The position numbers and the translations under genes are program-made. The notes below the pieces were generated by a model. It made no database searches. It was not told the origin of the DNA and saw nothing but the letters and a program-made list of their open reading frames with translations. A stretch of 60,592 nt of DNA, the filler included, from Circinaria calcarea (lineage: Eukaryota): NCBI GenBank assembly GCA_051942165.1. It is 12 parts of 12 records of this genome, joined end to end, with 100 filler letters (N's around TTAATTAATTAA, not from the genome) between each part and the next. Parts side by side here need not be neighbours in the genome. Positions count along the whole stretch, not along the records: positions 1 to 4,967 come from JAVECS010002099.1; positions 5,068 to 10,034 come from JAVECS010002100.1; positions 10,135 to 15,099 come from JAVECS010002101.1; 9 more parts are not named here. One strand, given 5' to 3'. The stretch's first letter is position 1. Every line of letters begins with the position of its first letter. Positions 1 through 12,312 of the stretch are shown here, piece after piece.

Positions 1-47
1 ACCCCGTTTCCAGACCCGTTTCCAGACCTGTTTCTGGATGGGTTTCT
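1..47. repeat. 47-bp exact duplicate of 360..406 (12-bp unit encoding GLET repeats of the DUF4419 gene)
   Basis: accccgtttccagacccgtttccagacctgtttctggatgggtttct occurs at 1..47 and 360..406; the first copy runs off the contig end. Confidence 0.9.
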
Positions 48-249
48 GGCACGTGTTGCATAGGAGGTCCATGTTCAACACTTCCACATAACATCATAAA
101 AGCAATTTTTTCGCTGCATAGATAGTTTAGTTAGTTACATACTCAGGTAGCAATGCTACTATACTATTGCTGCTCAACACGAGAATCCTCCCCATCGCAC
201 ACATGCCTCAGGGCGGGGGGGGGGGGGGGAATGAAAATGGGAATCTCAC

Positions 250-1533
250 TTAACGACGACGAAGGTTTTGGAAAGTACGATACGGCGTTTTCAACCATCT
301 CGTTGCAACCCCGCCGGCCGGCATTAGGTTCTTATTCTTACTCGCACTCTCCATTTCCAACCCCGTTTCCAGACCCGTTTCCAGACCTGTTTCTGGATGG
401 GTTTCTATGCTCGGGCTTTTCTTTTGAAAAATCCACCAGCCGGTTTCGGCATTGACGGTATCCAATCCGACCACTCCGTCGCTGCCGACCTTCTTTCCGC
501 TACTGGTGCAACTGATCCCGACCGACCCGGCAATCATGACCGCGTCGAAGCAATCGCCGTTGTCGTCGATCTTGACAGGAACCCTAGAGCAGCTCGAAGG
601 CACCGATGTGGAGCTGAGCTTGTGGTAGGATACGCCATCCAGGCACAAGTACGGTCTCCCCCTATCGTGGAGCTTGTGCAGGGAATTCCCATCGTCGTCC
701 CAGAAGCAAAAGGCGGTGATCCAGCCGGAATAGACGGTGGACCCGCTCATCTGGCTAGTGATGCCTAAAATTCGCTGCCAGAAGCTGATGACTTTTTTAC
801 CGGCTGGAGTGTCGAAACTGAGGATGAAGCGAGTGATGATGGGCCTTAGGAGCTGGGAGAACTGAGTGGGTTCATCGCCCAAGGATGTGAGCTTATCCAA
901 CTTTCTCAGAATCAGCTCCCAGTCGGCTTTCTCTCCCAGCAAGGTGACGGAGGGCAGACCACACATTAGCACGCATTTATAGCTGAAATATGTTTGCATC
1001 GCTCCCATCATGAGGATGGAAGCAATCACCGTATCGTGCTTGGTCGTCGTCGAGAAGGCGGGCATCATCCAGTCTTTCAGATCTGGGTCGACAACGTAGT
1101 CCTGGATCATGTCTTTCATTTGTTCGGCAAACACGCCAAAATCCACAGTGTAGCGGTTTGCTCCATCACGGTATACAATGACTAATTCCTTTTTTCCCTC
1201 GTGTGCCACGAATTGGCCCCGGAGTTCCTCCGCGTGCTTGTTGATATAGGTGCTGACCTGGCCGAGGATAGCAAACCATACGTCTTCGGGTCGTATGTGG
1301 AGGTGATGGTGCCCACTGTAAGCCTGGATAACAGATTTCACAAAGCCGTTATCGGAGGAAAGCAAAGTCGAAGGGAGTCCAGCGTCGAATGAAGATTGAA
1401 GCAGCTCCAGGCATTCCTCATGATCCTGCTGGCAAACTTCTCCAAGGACTTCACGAGCAGTCTTTGCGGGTCGCTGATAGGGAATTGAAACCAGGCTGGC
1501 GCCGTGGGTCGATGACTTGATTGTTACTGGCAT
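250..1533 (-). CDS. DUF4419 family protein
   Basis: Intronless ORF; first ATG at 1533 (MPVTIK). Motifs NGFVKSVIQAYSGHHHLHIRPEDVWFAIL, MQTYFSY..CGLPSVTLLGEKADW and SGWITAFCFW are typical of fungal DUF4419. Confidence 0.85.
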   Translation of the reverse strand: MPVTIKSSTHGASLVSIPYQRPAKTAREVLGEVCQQDHEECLELLQSSFDAGLPSTLLSSDNGFVKSVIQAYSGHHHLHIRPEDVWFAILGQVSTYINKHAEELRGQFVAHEGKKELVIVYRDGANRYTVDFGVFAEQMKDMIQDYVVDPDLKDWMMPAFSTTTKHDTVIASILMMGAMQTYFSYKCVLMCGLPSVTLLGEKADWELILRKLDKLTSLGDEPTQFSQLLRPIITRFILSFDTPAGKKVISFWQRILGITSQMSGSTVYSGWITAFCFWDDDGNSLHKLHDRGRPYLCLDGVSYHKLSSTSVPSSCSRVPVKIDDNGDCFDAVMIAGSVGISCTSSGKKVGSDGVVGLDTVNAETGWWIFQKKSPSIETHPETGLETGLETGLEMESASKNKNLMPAGGVATRWLKTPYRTFQNLRRR

Positions 1534-2648
1534 CTTCGTGTCTCTTGCAGCTCGAGTGGCGGGTGAGGGGTCGATACTCTCTTTATTTGATGTACCTGTA
1601 GCAATAAGAAGAGGGGTCACATCAACATTTGCAGTTCAGCCTCGAGTCACGAGGCTGAACGTTAGGCAAACCCATTGCGGTATGATATGCGCTTCACGCC
1701 CTCCAATCAGCCTTGTGCATCTTGCTTGTACTGCATACTCCTGTATTGATATACATTAGCTTAGATTCTTAGACACCTTCACCCGCATCACGAAGTCTCA
1801 AGGCTCTCCGGACAAAGGATAAGGTAGAACAGGCAGATTGCCTAAGCATTCATGGAAGACGTTACTACGGTACTCGCCACCACATCTCGTTAAATCGAAG
1901 TTTCGCCGGTTTTCTTCCAGTACCTGATGTAAAACTTCGAATTATTAGATAAATGCTTCGTCGGGCCGTGGTGTAAATATCAACAGCCAACCCTAACTTC
2001 CTCAGGTGACAGTTGTGGTCGCTCCAGTGCCGCCGCTCTTGTATTCTAATTTATGGTAAGTGAGGTACGGACTGCCAAGTATCTCGTAACCACGTATTTC
2101 GGCTATGATTCATCACCCTTCCCAACCGGGCTCGAATGACCAGGCTTCTCGTTCTAACCAACGTCGGCGGCTGTACTTCGTACATTCGCACCTGTCTTCA
2201 GACAACACCACCCCCACCAGATCTATTTTCTTACACGGCCAAAATTGGGCAGAAACTTCCGCTAGAAACCCTTGTGGGGAGTAGGAATATATCACTTTAG
2301 CAAGGCTATCCCGCTCTATTAAGTAATTGGAGATTAAGCCCTAGGCTCGTCGTTTAGACTATTTCCAGACAATCGGGAACTCATGTTTTAGCCGCGTCCG
2401 ATGAAAGCCTTAGAAGTATACTTTCCTTCTTCGTGTATATGTGGACGTGCAGGCATTAGGTGATTAGGTAGGTTTGAGAGGTATCCTTTACTTCTATTCC
2501 CAATCGACGCTCGCTTAAGCAGGGCCAGCATCCTAGCTAGTTACCTCTTATGCCAGAGCGATATTCTCTTCCTCCCTACATATGTTTAAGCGTTTCGCCC
2601 CCTATTCCGAAACCAGGATTCTCGTCAAACTTCCACCCCTAAACACCT

Positions 2649-3395
2649 TTACATCCTAATAGGCTGATCGAACATGAGCTTATACATCAGATCCGTAAAT
2701 GCCCCATCCCTGTTCATCAACCTCGCCGCCGGACTCACAACCCCATCTGCAAGTTCGCGCATGCATCCGAAAACCCCGTACTCGAAAATCCATGCTGTGG
2801 CGTCCATCCAGTTGGCCAGCTGTGCCGTGAAGCTTAGAACGTCCGTATAGTCGCGAGAAGTGGATGCGATCTCGGAGACTATGATGGGCAGATGCGGATA
2901 CTTCTCGTGCATCATCTCTAGGTAGGCGATCGCTGCGTCCCCGTCGGTGCCATAGTAGTGTAAGCCCAGGAAATCGGGCTGGTCGCTTCCCACTCGGTCC
3001 ATGAACTCGGCGATCCAGACTTGCCCGGCGGGATCGCTAGCGCAGGACGGACTGACGAGTTTCTTATCCTTATGCTGGCGAAGTGGGAGCACCTGCTTGA
3101 ACCAGACGTCCGCGGCACGCTCGGGAGAAATGCCGGCGCGCTCGGGTTCGTTGAAGAAGTGGATGATTGGCTGATCACTAGATTCGATATTCTTCCAGTC
3201 GGAGCCCGTGAGTTGGGCTTCCAGGCGGACCATGGGGCGGAAAGGGAGGCGGTTTTTGAGCTCGGGAGGGGTCCAGGTATTCCAGTTACTTACGGAGGAG
3301 AACGGCCCAGAGAAGTGGATCTTTTCCATTGCCCATGGGATACCATTAGTGTTGGTCCAGTCCCAGAGGAGGCATCGTTTTTGGATTGACATCAT
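2649..3395 (-). CDS. Glycoside hydrolase family 128 (Asl1-like beta-1,3-glucanase), no signal peptide
   Basis: 248-aa intronless ORF with FFNEPE (acid/base), PDFLGLHYY and IIVSEIA (nucleophile); TATA-like element near 3523-3530. Confidence 0.85.
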   Translation of the reverse strand: MMSIQKRCLLWDWTNTNGIPWAMEKIHFSGPFSSVSNWNTWTPPELKNRLPFRPMVRLEAQLTGSDWKNIESSDQPIIHFFNEPERAGISPERAADVWFKQVLPLRQHKDKKLVSPSCASDPAGQVWIAEFMDRVGSDQPDFLGLHYYGTDGDAAIAYLEMMHEKYPHLPIIVSEIASTSRDYTDVLSFTAQLANWMDATAWIFEYGVFGCMRELADGVVSPAARLMNRDGAFTDLMYKLMFDQPIRM

Positions 3396-4440
3396 TAAGG
3401 ATGGAGAATTGTTTGACTATAAGAGTAGATGGATTGAGATGATTTCTGGTGTCTGTAGAGTGACGATGAACTGAGGTGATGGACTGTGGAGACTGGCCGT
3501 GAAGGAGGAGGTCATGGTGTCCTTATATATAGACGGATATCCTTGGACAAAGAAGGACGGGGAAATGACAAAGAGGGACTGAACAATGCAATGAATTGCA
3601 CCACCCTTGAACAGAAATACATACACTCAGAGAAAAACTTGATAGCTACAATTTTCGGAAGAAAGAATTGGGTAAGTAGATTGTCCTATGTAAACGAGAC
3701 CGGTACGTAGACAATGAGCAAAATGCTGTACTCTACACCATTAGATTCGATAATCTAGATAGCAGCGTAGGTCTATATCGCCAGGAACAAGTTACTACTT
3801 CATAGAGTGAACTTTTCCAACCGAGCTCTTACGATATTGATGCAACACATGTAAATTTGACTTATAGTTCTGTCAAGGGCAACGTTGTAAAATGAGAAAA
3901 CGATATATAACCCAAAGACCAAAGTCCTCGACCGCATTAGGGCGCTCAAGGCTAAAATACTTTGCGGGTTTTTGAGGTCAAAGAGCAACGTGGTATAATG
4001 GCATACATAGGAAATCAGTTTAATGCTTATCTGATGGACCGGAAAAGGTACTCAGGGCGAGGAAAGCATAGAGGAAATGAGAAACATTAGCACTGAAAAC
4101 TAATTACCCACCTCTAGCAGATGGAGACTTATTTTAGCCAGCCATTGTTGTTACCGGTAGGCAACTAAAATGGCTGGCGGAGCATTGGAGGCTGAAGCAC
4201 AAAGCATCAGCCCTAACGTCTGTGTACGCGTTAAAATGCACTCTATTGTAATTTTCCGCATTCTATCCCAGCGATATAATTGGAGCATTGACGCGACTCA
4301 AGACTCGCGACCCTGCATTGCAGCTGCAATCTATCATAGCTCTATCCGTACCACGGTAATAGTAAGGCTCTTACTCTTCACTCTCTCCTCCCTCCTGATA
4401 TACTGCCGTGTGTTTCTATGACCATTGTCACGCATTGATC

Positions 4441-4967
4441 ATGTAAGCTAGAATCCCCATAGTTAAGAAGAACCTCCAGAGCTATCATTCTAATCAAGCG
4501 CCCCCCGGGAATACAGGTCTCCCTACACCAAGCCCTTAGGCGCAGTCACCTCGCCTCTCTTCCTCCTCTCTCCACGCCCAACTCTCCTCCGCACCTCCCT
4601 GCCCCTCCGCCGCTTCTACCACTTCTCCCGAGGTACCTCCTCCCAAACCGCATCCCTCGTCACGGGCACCTTCATCGGTGCCTGCGTCGGCATCTACGCC
4701 TACAGCCAATACGCCTTCAACGAAGCGCGGCCCCCAAATTGGAACCCCGTCCCCTTGCGCTTCGTCGAGCAACACCTCGAGTGCTCGGCGCAGAACGTCA
4801 ACCTGGGACGCTACTGGACGCTCCTCACGTATACGTTTACGCACCTCAAAGCCGACCATTTGATATTCAACATGATCGGGCTGTGGACTTTCGGGCGCAC
4901 GGTCACGATGATGTGGGGGACGCCGGCATTTCTGGCGCTGTGGGTGGGCGCGGGGGTGAGCGGAGGG
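4441..4967 (+). CDS. Rhomboid-family intramembrane protease (mitochondrial Pcp1/PARL-like), 3'-truncated
   Basis: Spliced model AT(4441-4442)/intron 4443..4516/G(4517) gives MSPYTKPLGAVTSPLFLLSPRPTLLRTSLPLRRFYHFSRG (Arg-rich, acid-free presequence-like), then GRYWTLLTYTFTHLKADHLIFNMIGLWTFG (rhomboid HxxxxHxxxN motif). Confidence 0.8.
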
Positions 4968-5067
4968 NNNNNNNNNNNNNNNNNNNNNNNNNNNNNNNNN
5001 NNNNNNNNNNNTTAATTAATTAANNNNNNNNNNNNNNNNNNNNNNNNNNNNNNNNNNNNNNNNNNNN
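4968..5067. other. Artificial contig linker
   Basis: N44-TTAATTAATTAA-N44; stop codons in all six frames. Confidence 0.99.
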
Positions 5068-5174
5068 TACTCCTGCAATGCCCTGCCCATTCTGATTTTC
5101 TAGGATTGTCGCAGGAAATTGCTCTAATAAACGTATAGCCTCCGAGAAAGGAAGTCGATAATATCCTTTTTGAA

Positions 5175-6676
5175 TCATATGATGATCCACCAAGCACCAC
5201 TCACGACAAGCAACAATGCGAAGGCAGTAAGAAACCCAGCACCCACTTGATCTCTGAGCATAATTGGATTCGTAGGGAGCCCTATCGGAGAAACTGCCCC
5301 AGTACCAGCAGACGGATTGCCGACACTTATTCCACCAGTCGAATTTGTGACAGGCGCTGCAACACTGCTAATAAGGTTCGACTGGATAACTTCCAACGCA
5401 CTCATCTGCTGCCCAACACCGGATGACCCGTCCCAGACGCCATTCGTTGTCCATCTAATCCCGCATGTTGTACCATCAGCTCCGCCAGTACACTGCTTGG
5501 CCGCTGCTATGGCGGATGCGCGAAGTTTTGTCATGATGAAGTCTGTAGTGAACGGTGCGAGTTTTGTTGTAGCGGCCATCCAACGCGAAAGATAGGCCTT
5601 GAAAGAGGCTTGATCCAAGTTGCAGTTCCCTTGTGGTTCACAAGCTACTTCGTACATGACATTTGGTGATGTAGGGTGGAAGAACACAGCCGTAGCGTTA
5701 AGGAGGCTCTCCACACGCTGCCTCCAGATTTCCGATCCATTGGTCTTGCATTTGTCAGGTGATATACTGTAAGGGTACGGATGAGATGACTTACATAGGC
5801 GTACATATTCGCAGCACCCAACAGGTACACACCAGCGTTATATGTCCATTGAATATGATTCAGCTCGCTACAGTTTTTGTTGTCGTCTGTACCGTCAAAA
5901 ACTTGATACCGCGGACTCATTAGTCCGACAGCATTGACCCAGTCCCACGTTCTTTCCGCCCAGTCCGCATAAGTTTGGTTTCCAGTATACACAGCCAAAC
6001 GGGCTCCCATGTTGAAGAAACAGCCATTCGAGATGGAATTCTTGTAGTTGTACCCGTTATTGAAAGCAAATATCTGCCATTTTAGCCCACCGGCGCAGGT
6101 GGTCGTGTCCCACCGTAACGCCTGTGAATTGAAAACAGCCTGTGCCAGCGCAAGCCATTGAGGTTGGTTATCTGGTGGGTTAGGGAACTTTTGCTCTGCG
6201 GCTGTCATGGCTGCGAGGGCCCAGAATCCTTGATCGTCGTTACCCTCCGTCTTTGTCTGATTCGGCGGCATATAATCGTTGTTGGGCCCAACCTGTGCGA
6301 GCAATGCTTCCATTGTGACTTCATTATAAGTAGGATCACCCGTGTAATAATAGTAATCAAGCATTGCGCCAAAAGCTGCACCGGCTTCCCACCAAAAGTA
6401 TGGATCTGGGAAAAGTCCCGGTGTCTGTCCGGTCTCATTGCCTTTATAGTACTTCATCATGCCATAGGCGACTTTACTTGCGGCGGCCTTGACTGATTCT
6501 GCAGTCCAGTTAGTGAGTAAGCCTGTGTTCTCCTCTGTTCTCACGTTCTTACCTGGATTGTCCGGATCCAATTCGATACCGGCGGCGCAAGTACTGCTCG
6601 CGAGCAACACGACAGCAACTTCACCCCATGATGAGAGCGGAGAACGGCCGCTTGATGGACTCGCAAAAAGTCTCAT
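5175..6676 (-). CDS. GH76 GPI-anchored alpha-1,6-mannanase/transglycosidase (Dfg5/Dcw1 family)
   Basis: Signal-peptide-like N-terminus, [41 protein letters not shown], hydrophobic GPI-type C-terminus; introns 6499..6552 and 5745..5794. Confidence 0.93.
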
Positions 6677-7945
6677 GATTTGGACGAACCAGTGTAGGGG
6701 GCACTAGAGTAGGATCCCTGATAGATTGATGGCGTACGAACACGAAGAAAATAAGACGCGGCAACCCAGAGACGGGGATTTATTAAGCTCTGCAATGCAA
6801 ATTCTTCCGTCTATCACGGTGACTATGACAATAGCCAGCGTGGTTCTTTCCTTGAATGCTATAGGGATGTCCTCCTGTGTGGAACGACGATAGTGGATGG
6901 TTGGCAGCCTTTTTGCCCAGGTGATGTGGAATGTGGTTGTCTGGTCAGCTCCGGGCGGGAACGAGCGAAATTTGATGGATGAAAGCCCTCTCCCATGAGC
7001 TCTTCACCACCGTGCAGAGAGACGCTTGATAAATGAGTGTAAAGACTGTCAGACGATGTGGAAGGATCAAAGACGATGCGAAGTTGCTAGAGAAGTTGAC
7101 CGAACAACGATGGGTTTCCAGGGCGTTTGATTGCGTATGCGCTTCCTTTGCCAAGTTGCTACTCCGTAAATGTCTTGGGACACCCCCCTTAGACCAAATC
7201 AAAAAAGCCGGCCGAATACGGACTCCGCCAGGATTTTACTCGATCCTCTGACATGACTGTACTCTGTACTCGTTCGTTTTCTGTACTTCTGAGGTAGAAG
7301 CAGTGGATACTCTAAGCAGTACATACGCCTTTTCATGTGGACACCGTGAAAGTGGGAAGCTCGAGAAGGGCTCCCCCGACTGCATAGAACTAGTTACTAT
7401 CCGTCACTCCCAACCTCGCAATTGTACAAACTGCCACGCCTACTCTGTAACTCGTAGAACGGGTATTTATATCCCTCTCCTACTTCTCCCAGACTTTCAG
7501 GGTCACTCCGAGCAAAAAGCAGTTCCAAATCTTGGGTACCTCCTCGCAGCAGAAGGTAACCTTGCCTTGCCCCCCCGTCTGTTGCCTTCGGATCATCTGT
7601 GTACACATGCCCTTGCCCACCATCAACCAAGAAGGTAGTTACTGCCATTGCGATTCTCTACGAATAGAGCAACGTCCTTAGCAGTGGAAGCAAACCCCCC
7701 CTTTTGTAGCACACTGCAACGCATAGTCAGCCCAAATCGTATCATCTCTAAAAATACGAAACTTGTCCGGAAGCGGGTCAACCTCACCCGAGAGCTCATT
7801 GGTGACGAGGAAACCTCTCGTCTTTCACTTCACGTTCCATCTTGCCCATACGACGAACCATCGAATCCAACGACTTCAACTCCCGTCATATCATCAAAAG
7901 CCGTCGCAAAGTCTTCTTTCAAGTCTTTCATAAATATCCGCAGGA

Positions 7946-8702
7946 ATGGCCGACCGTGAGCAGCCATACGACCCATATATTCCTTCAGGACAACCCGCGC
8001 CGGGCGGAAGTGCAGGACACAATGGTGGCAATCAGAGAACAGCGGCCCTTCAAGCGGTAAGTTCTGTGCAGTCTCCTCTTGCGGTATGATGTCGCCACGA
8101 CACGTCAGGTCCGGCCCTGGCGACCTCAAGAAGTATCCAACCAGCCTACAACGATAAACGTCTCGCTACAACCCAAGACATCTTTCTACCACGCAATCCA
8201 ATCTCTTCCTACAAGAACCAAACCGAAATTCCAGAGTTGTCATCCATAGGACCCAAATGTCGCTAGGACGGGTGTCGCCCGCTTGGGTTGACCGTAACCC
8301 ATCAGTCCAGACAATTCCGTTTCCCGCATTTTCTATGGTCTCTTTCTTTCCTAGGTACAGTCAAAGCGAACACCACATGCTAATATATTTCCCCAACAGC
8401 AAATTGACGATACCGTTGGGGTCATGCGCGAAAACATCAACAAGGTCTCCCAGCGCGGAGAACGCCTCGATTCTCTGCAAGACAAGACCGATAACTTGGC
8501 TGTATCAGCACAAGGCTTCAGGCGCGGTGCCAATCGTGTGCGTAAACAAATGTGGTGGAAAGACGTGAAGATGCGCATTTGGATCATTATTGGGATCATC
8601 ATTCTGCTTCTCATCATCATCATCCCGTCGGGTAAGCTTGGCCTATTCCTGGCATACTCTTTGCTAACCAAATCTTCTTTAGTCTTAGCCACACGTAAAT
8701 GA
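7946..8702 (+). CDS. snc1: Synaptobrevin/VAMP R-SNARE (Snc1/Snc2, SynA)
   Basis: Exons 7946..8056 ([15 protein letters not shown]...RTAALQA), 8400..8631 ([33 protein letters not shown]...WWK plus TM helix) and 8683..8702. Confidence 0.95.
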
Positions 8703-10034
8703 GTCAAACTTGCCCACCGATGATTCACCGGGAAAAGGACTGCAATCAACGAATTGTCTGGTTTCTTTGAGCGGAAGCTACAATTGAGTTTCCTTGGGGC
8801 GTAAAATCTTTGGAGCCCCTACCATTCTCGTTCTTGTCTTACGTGGGGAGATTACTATGAGGGGTGGATAGAGCATTCTTTGGCCGGAGGGTGGCATGAG
8901 AGGGAGTTCAAGGGGTTCAAGGTGATTGACCGCCTTTTCTCCCTTCAATCACGGTATCCCTGTTCTGTAATAGCTGGGGACGTGGTTTGTGCTGGATACC
9001 ATGACGTGCGGTGAAGTCTTTGTACATTAGGGCTTGAAAGGCACGCGCGTGGAATCTTAAGACTCTTTTAATGAAGCTATGAATTCGGGACGGGTTTGAA
9101 TGTCTTCCAGGCCAATTTACATTGTAAACTCCGAGTCTCCACTGACGGAAGCGGAGAAGAAGACCCTGACAACGGTCGTTCAGTAGCTTCAAAAACAAAA
9201 TCATGGAGTCGAACTAACCGGTTCAATAAGTCATCTCACCAAAACCAATGCAGCGAGAAGAGACAGATTGGAGCAGCACATCTTTGACATGCCCATTGGT
9301 TGTTTACGTAGCCAGCCCTCGATGTCGTTTTGGTAGTGGGTGGGTGGAATCGACCTCCTCAGCTCCATGTGACGAAGAAAATTTCTGATATGCGCAGACC
9401 AGTAGGGATTCGCCTGATTTGTCTGGTTGGCCTGGGGGCCCGGCCCGATGATTGAGAGTTGACACAGTAAAGCGTGTCATGGTGGGGAAATGTGGTGCCG
9501 GAACTGCGACTGCGGAACCCTCCATGCATGAACGGTGACTTTCTCTGCGTTTGGTTTTTTTTTTCCTTCCTCGTACATCAACAAGGGCCCAACCCATTCC
9601 TATCACTTCTCTACCCAGCGGAGAATCGACCAGCAACAGGTTGTACTGTTCGGATTTGGAGTTCTGTTGCTGGGGGGAGTTCGTCGGTACCATAAGGATT
9701 GTCCCGCGTGAGTTGAACCTTGTTGCTCAAAAGCCTGCCCCTCAGAGCTTCCTATTACTTCAGCCGATCTCCAGACTAACTGATAGAATCGTCTCTAAGG
9801 TCAATCAATTTCTTCCGTCTCGAAATACACTGTCCCTGGGTGCCGCATGTTGGGAGAGTATTGACTGCCATGCTCTCTCTCCGCCCTTCTATTGCGGCCG
9901 TTGGCCGAGGCTGCCTGCGGATTCGAAGGCCCAGGCGTACTTGCCCCCAATCGCTATCAGCCTGCGCTATCCTCCCTTCTGCCTCCTCCCTAATACCCCG
10001 ACCTACTAGGCGGCCCTACTCTTCCCCCGCCGAC

Positions 10035-10134
10035 NNNNNNNNNNNNNNNNNNNNNNNNNNNNNNNNNNNNNNNNNNNNTTAATTAATTAANNNNNNNNNN
10101 NNNNNNNNNNNNNNNNNNNNNNNNNNNNNNNNNN
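10035..10134. other. Artificial contig linker
   Basis: N44-TTAATTAATTAA-N44. Confidence 0.99.
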
Positions 10135-11050
10135 CTCACAATGGAAGTGGTGGAGGAAGTAGTGGAGGAGGTGGAGGCTTAACAGGTCAATTGATGGGCA
10201 GCCTCCTGGGAGGCGGTAAGCCGCATAGTCAACAGCAGCAAAGTCATGCATCCGGAAGTGGTGGAAATTACAGTGGAAGTAGCGGTTCGGCACCGGCCAA
10301 TCATCAACATGGAGGCTTGCTGGGTCTCTTGGGCGGCCATCATTCATCATCGGTATGATGAATTCAGCTGCAATCCTATACCTCGTTTTCTTACAAGTCT
10401 TTCAGGGTAACAACAACTACGGATACTCATCGAGTGGCCAAGCATCGTCTACCGGAGGTTATTCCGGCCAGCCACCCCCAGCAGCATACCAGCCACCGGG
10501 ACAACAACAGAATCAAAGCCAATACGGATCATCAAGTAACCAATCGAAACCCTCAAACCTCTCGCAGCATCAGCAATCCTATGCAAGCACCCAAAATTCT
10601 GCTACATTAGGTACATCAAACCCTCCATATACCAGTCCTCCCCAAAGCCAATACGGTGGCTCGAATCCCGCCGCACCAGGGTTCGGCCAGCAAAGCTCAA
10701 CCTATCCACAACAGCACCAAGGCCCAGGCTATAGCCAATATCCGCCGCAGGCGCAACATCAACAGCAACAATATCCCCATCAAACGCCAAATCCGCTCAC
10801 ATACCCGGTCCCTGGGCAGCCAGCTCCTCAAGAAATGTATGCGCCACTCCCACCTCAAAGTACTCGCCCAAACCAGCAAGAACCATCATACCCAAATCCA
10901 GGGACTGGCTACCCGGGCCAACAAATCTATGGACAGCAGGGTGGTCAAAATCATGGCCGTCCGGCCCCGCCAGCTTCTAGTGGCTATGGCCAAGGCGGAG
11001 ATCAGTACAATAGCTATGGGGCTCCTCCAGCACCTGGATGGAGAGCATAG
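10135..11050 (+). CDS. 3' part of a Gly/Gln/Ser/Pro/Tyr-rich low-complexity protein (5'-truncated, function unknown)
   Basis: Open frame HNGSGGGSSGGGGGLTGQLMGSLLGGGKPHSQQQQ...HHSSS; intron 10353..10405 (GTATGA..CAG) joins in frame to GNNNYGYSSSGQ...PPAPGWRA*. Confidence 0.7.
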
Positions 11051-12312
11051 TGCTCCTTACCCCATTACTTAATGCAAGAGATGGGTGACGCTTGGATGCA
11101 AAACGAGGGCGCAATGGCTGTATGACCATGGTATGCAGTAATAGATCAACATGTCCCTCGGTTCTGATTTTGCTATGTAAGATTACTAGGACAGTTGCGT
11201 TGGGCTTGCCTTAGACTTTCTTTCATCTTAAATCCACAAAAGGATTATTCCCACCCGATATTATGTAATCCCTCTTTTGAACATACGCACCGTCGTTAAG
11301 ATGCGTTGTCTGATGACATACAGCTGAGCTGCGGGGACTTGGGGGGCTCCCTGTCTTGCGTGAAATTCAATTCCAGGGTAGTTGCAAGGGGCTGTCTCCG
11401 ATCGACGACTCATGGTGATGCGCTTAGATCTTGAACTTCGAGAATCTCCTGTTTGAGATTTTTCGATATCTTCGTTGAACTTCGAGGCGTGCTGTCAGAT
11501 TTTTCGAGGCGGCTGGATTGTACAGAGCACCAGGGAGTCTGATAGGCCGCACAGACTGTACTCAGCAGACCAGGGCTGTTGTCGTGAGCTTGACTGGAGC
11601 GCTTACGGGAGTATGCGAAACCCTAATGTCGGCAAGTGGCCGAGCTCCCGATAAGGTTTCACTAGCTGTGAACCTTAACGAGGGAGGTACAAGGGCTCGA
11701 CTTGATGGGTGTCAAGAAAGGTATTCGATACAACGGGCCATGTGCAAAGCTGTTCAATCTCTAGGGCCATTGTGCGCACGGTGATGGGGGATTCGGGGCA
11801 AGTTCAACGTCGGCTACTGATCCCGAGTTTTCCATGTGACTGTATAGCGCTGATGACAGTTTTACGGGAACTGTAAGTGGTATTCTGGGTATGCATTAGG
11901 CGTGGTATGTGGGCATTATCGCGAAGACGATCAGAGGAGGTAGGGATGTTGGAAATTAACTATGGTAGCGTTTACCTTTTTTTGCTGGGGGGATTTAGTC
12001 CTGTTAAGATACCAAAATATATTTTAAAATGTTCATGAAATACGTCTACGAGTGCTGCTTGTATTATTTGATTCCTATGCTATCCTGCTCTAACACGGCC
12101 GCAACTCTTGGCCACCATGAATTCCTTTACTTGTTTTATATTTAGTGGGTACATAAAAACATATATCTAGACGTCTTGGGAAACCCGGCTCGAATTTTAA
12201 TGATTGGTCGAACTTAAGCGAGTAAATATCTCGGAACTTTCAAGAGCATATCAATCTAAATTCGTAGTAGTCACGCATCTCGCAGTACGACATTCTTATT
12301 ACCATAGCTGCT

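Noticed and set aside
11100..12300. Possible gene or telomerase RNA (AACCCTAA near 11619) in the intergenic stretch
   Set aside because: The minus-strand frame from ATG 11835 stops after 24 codons; a short template-like match is expected by chance and no other telomerase RNA elements were seen
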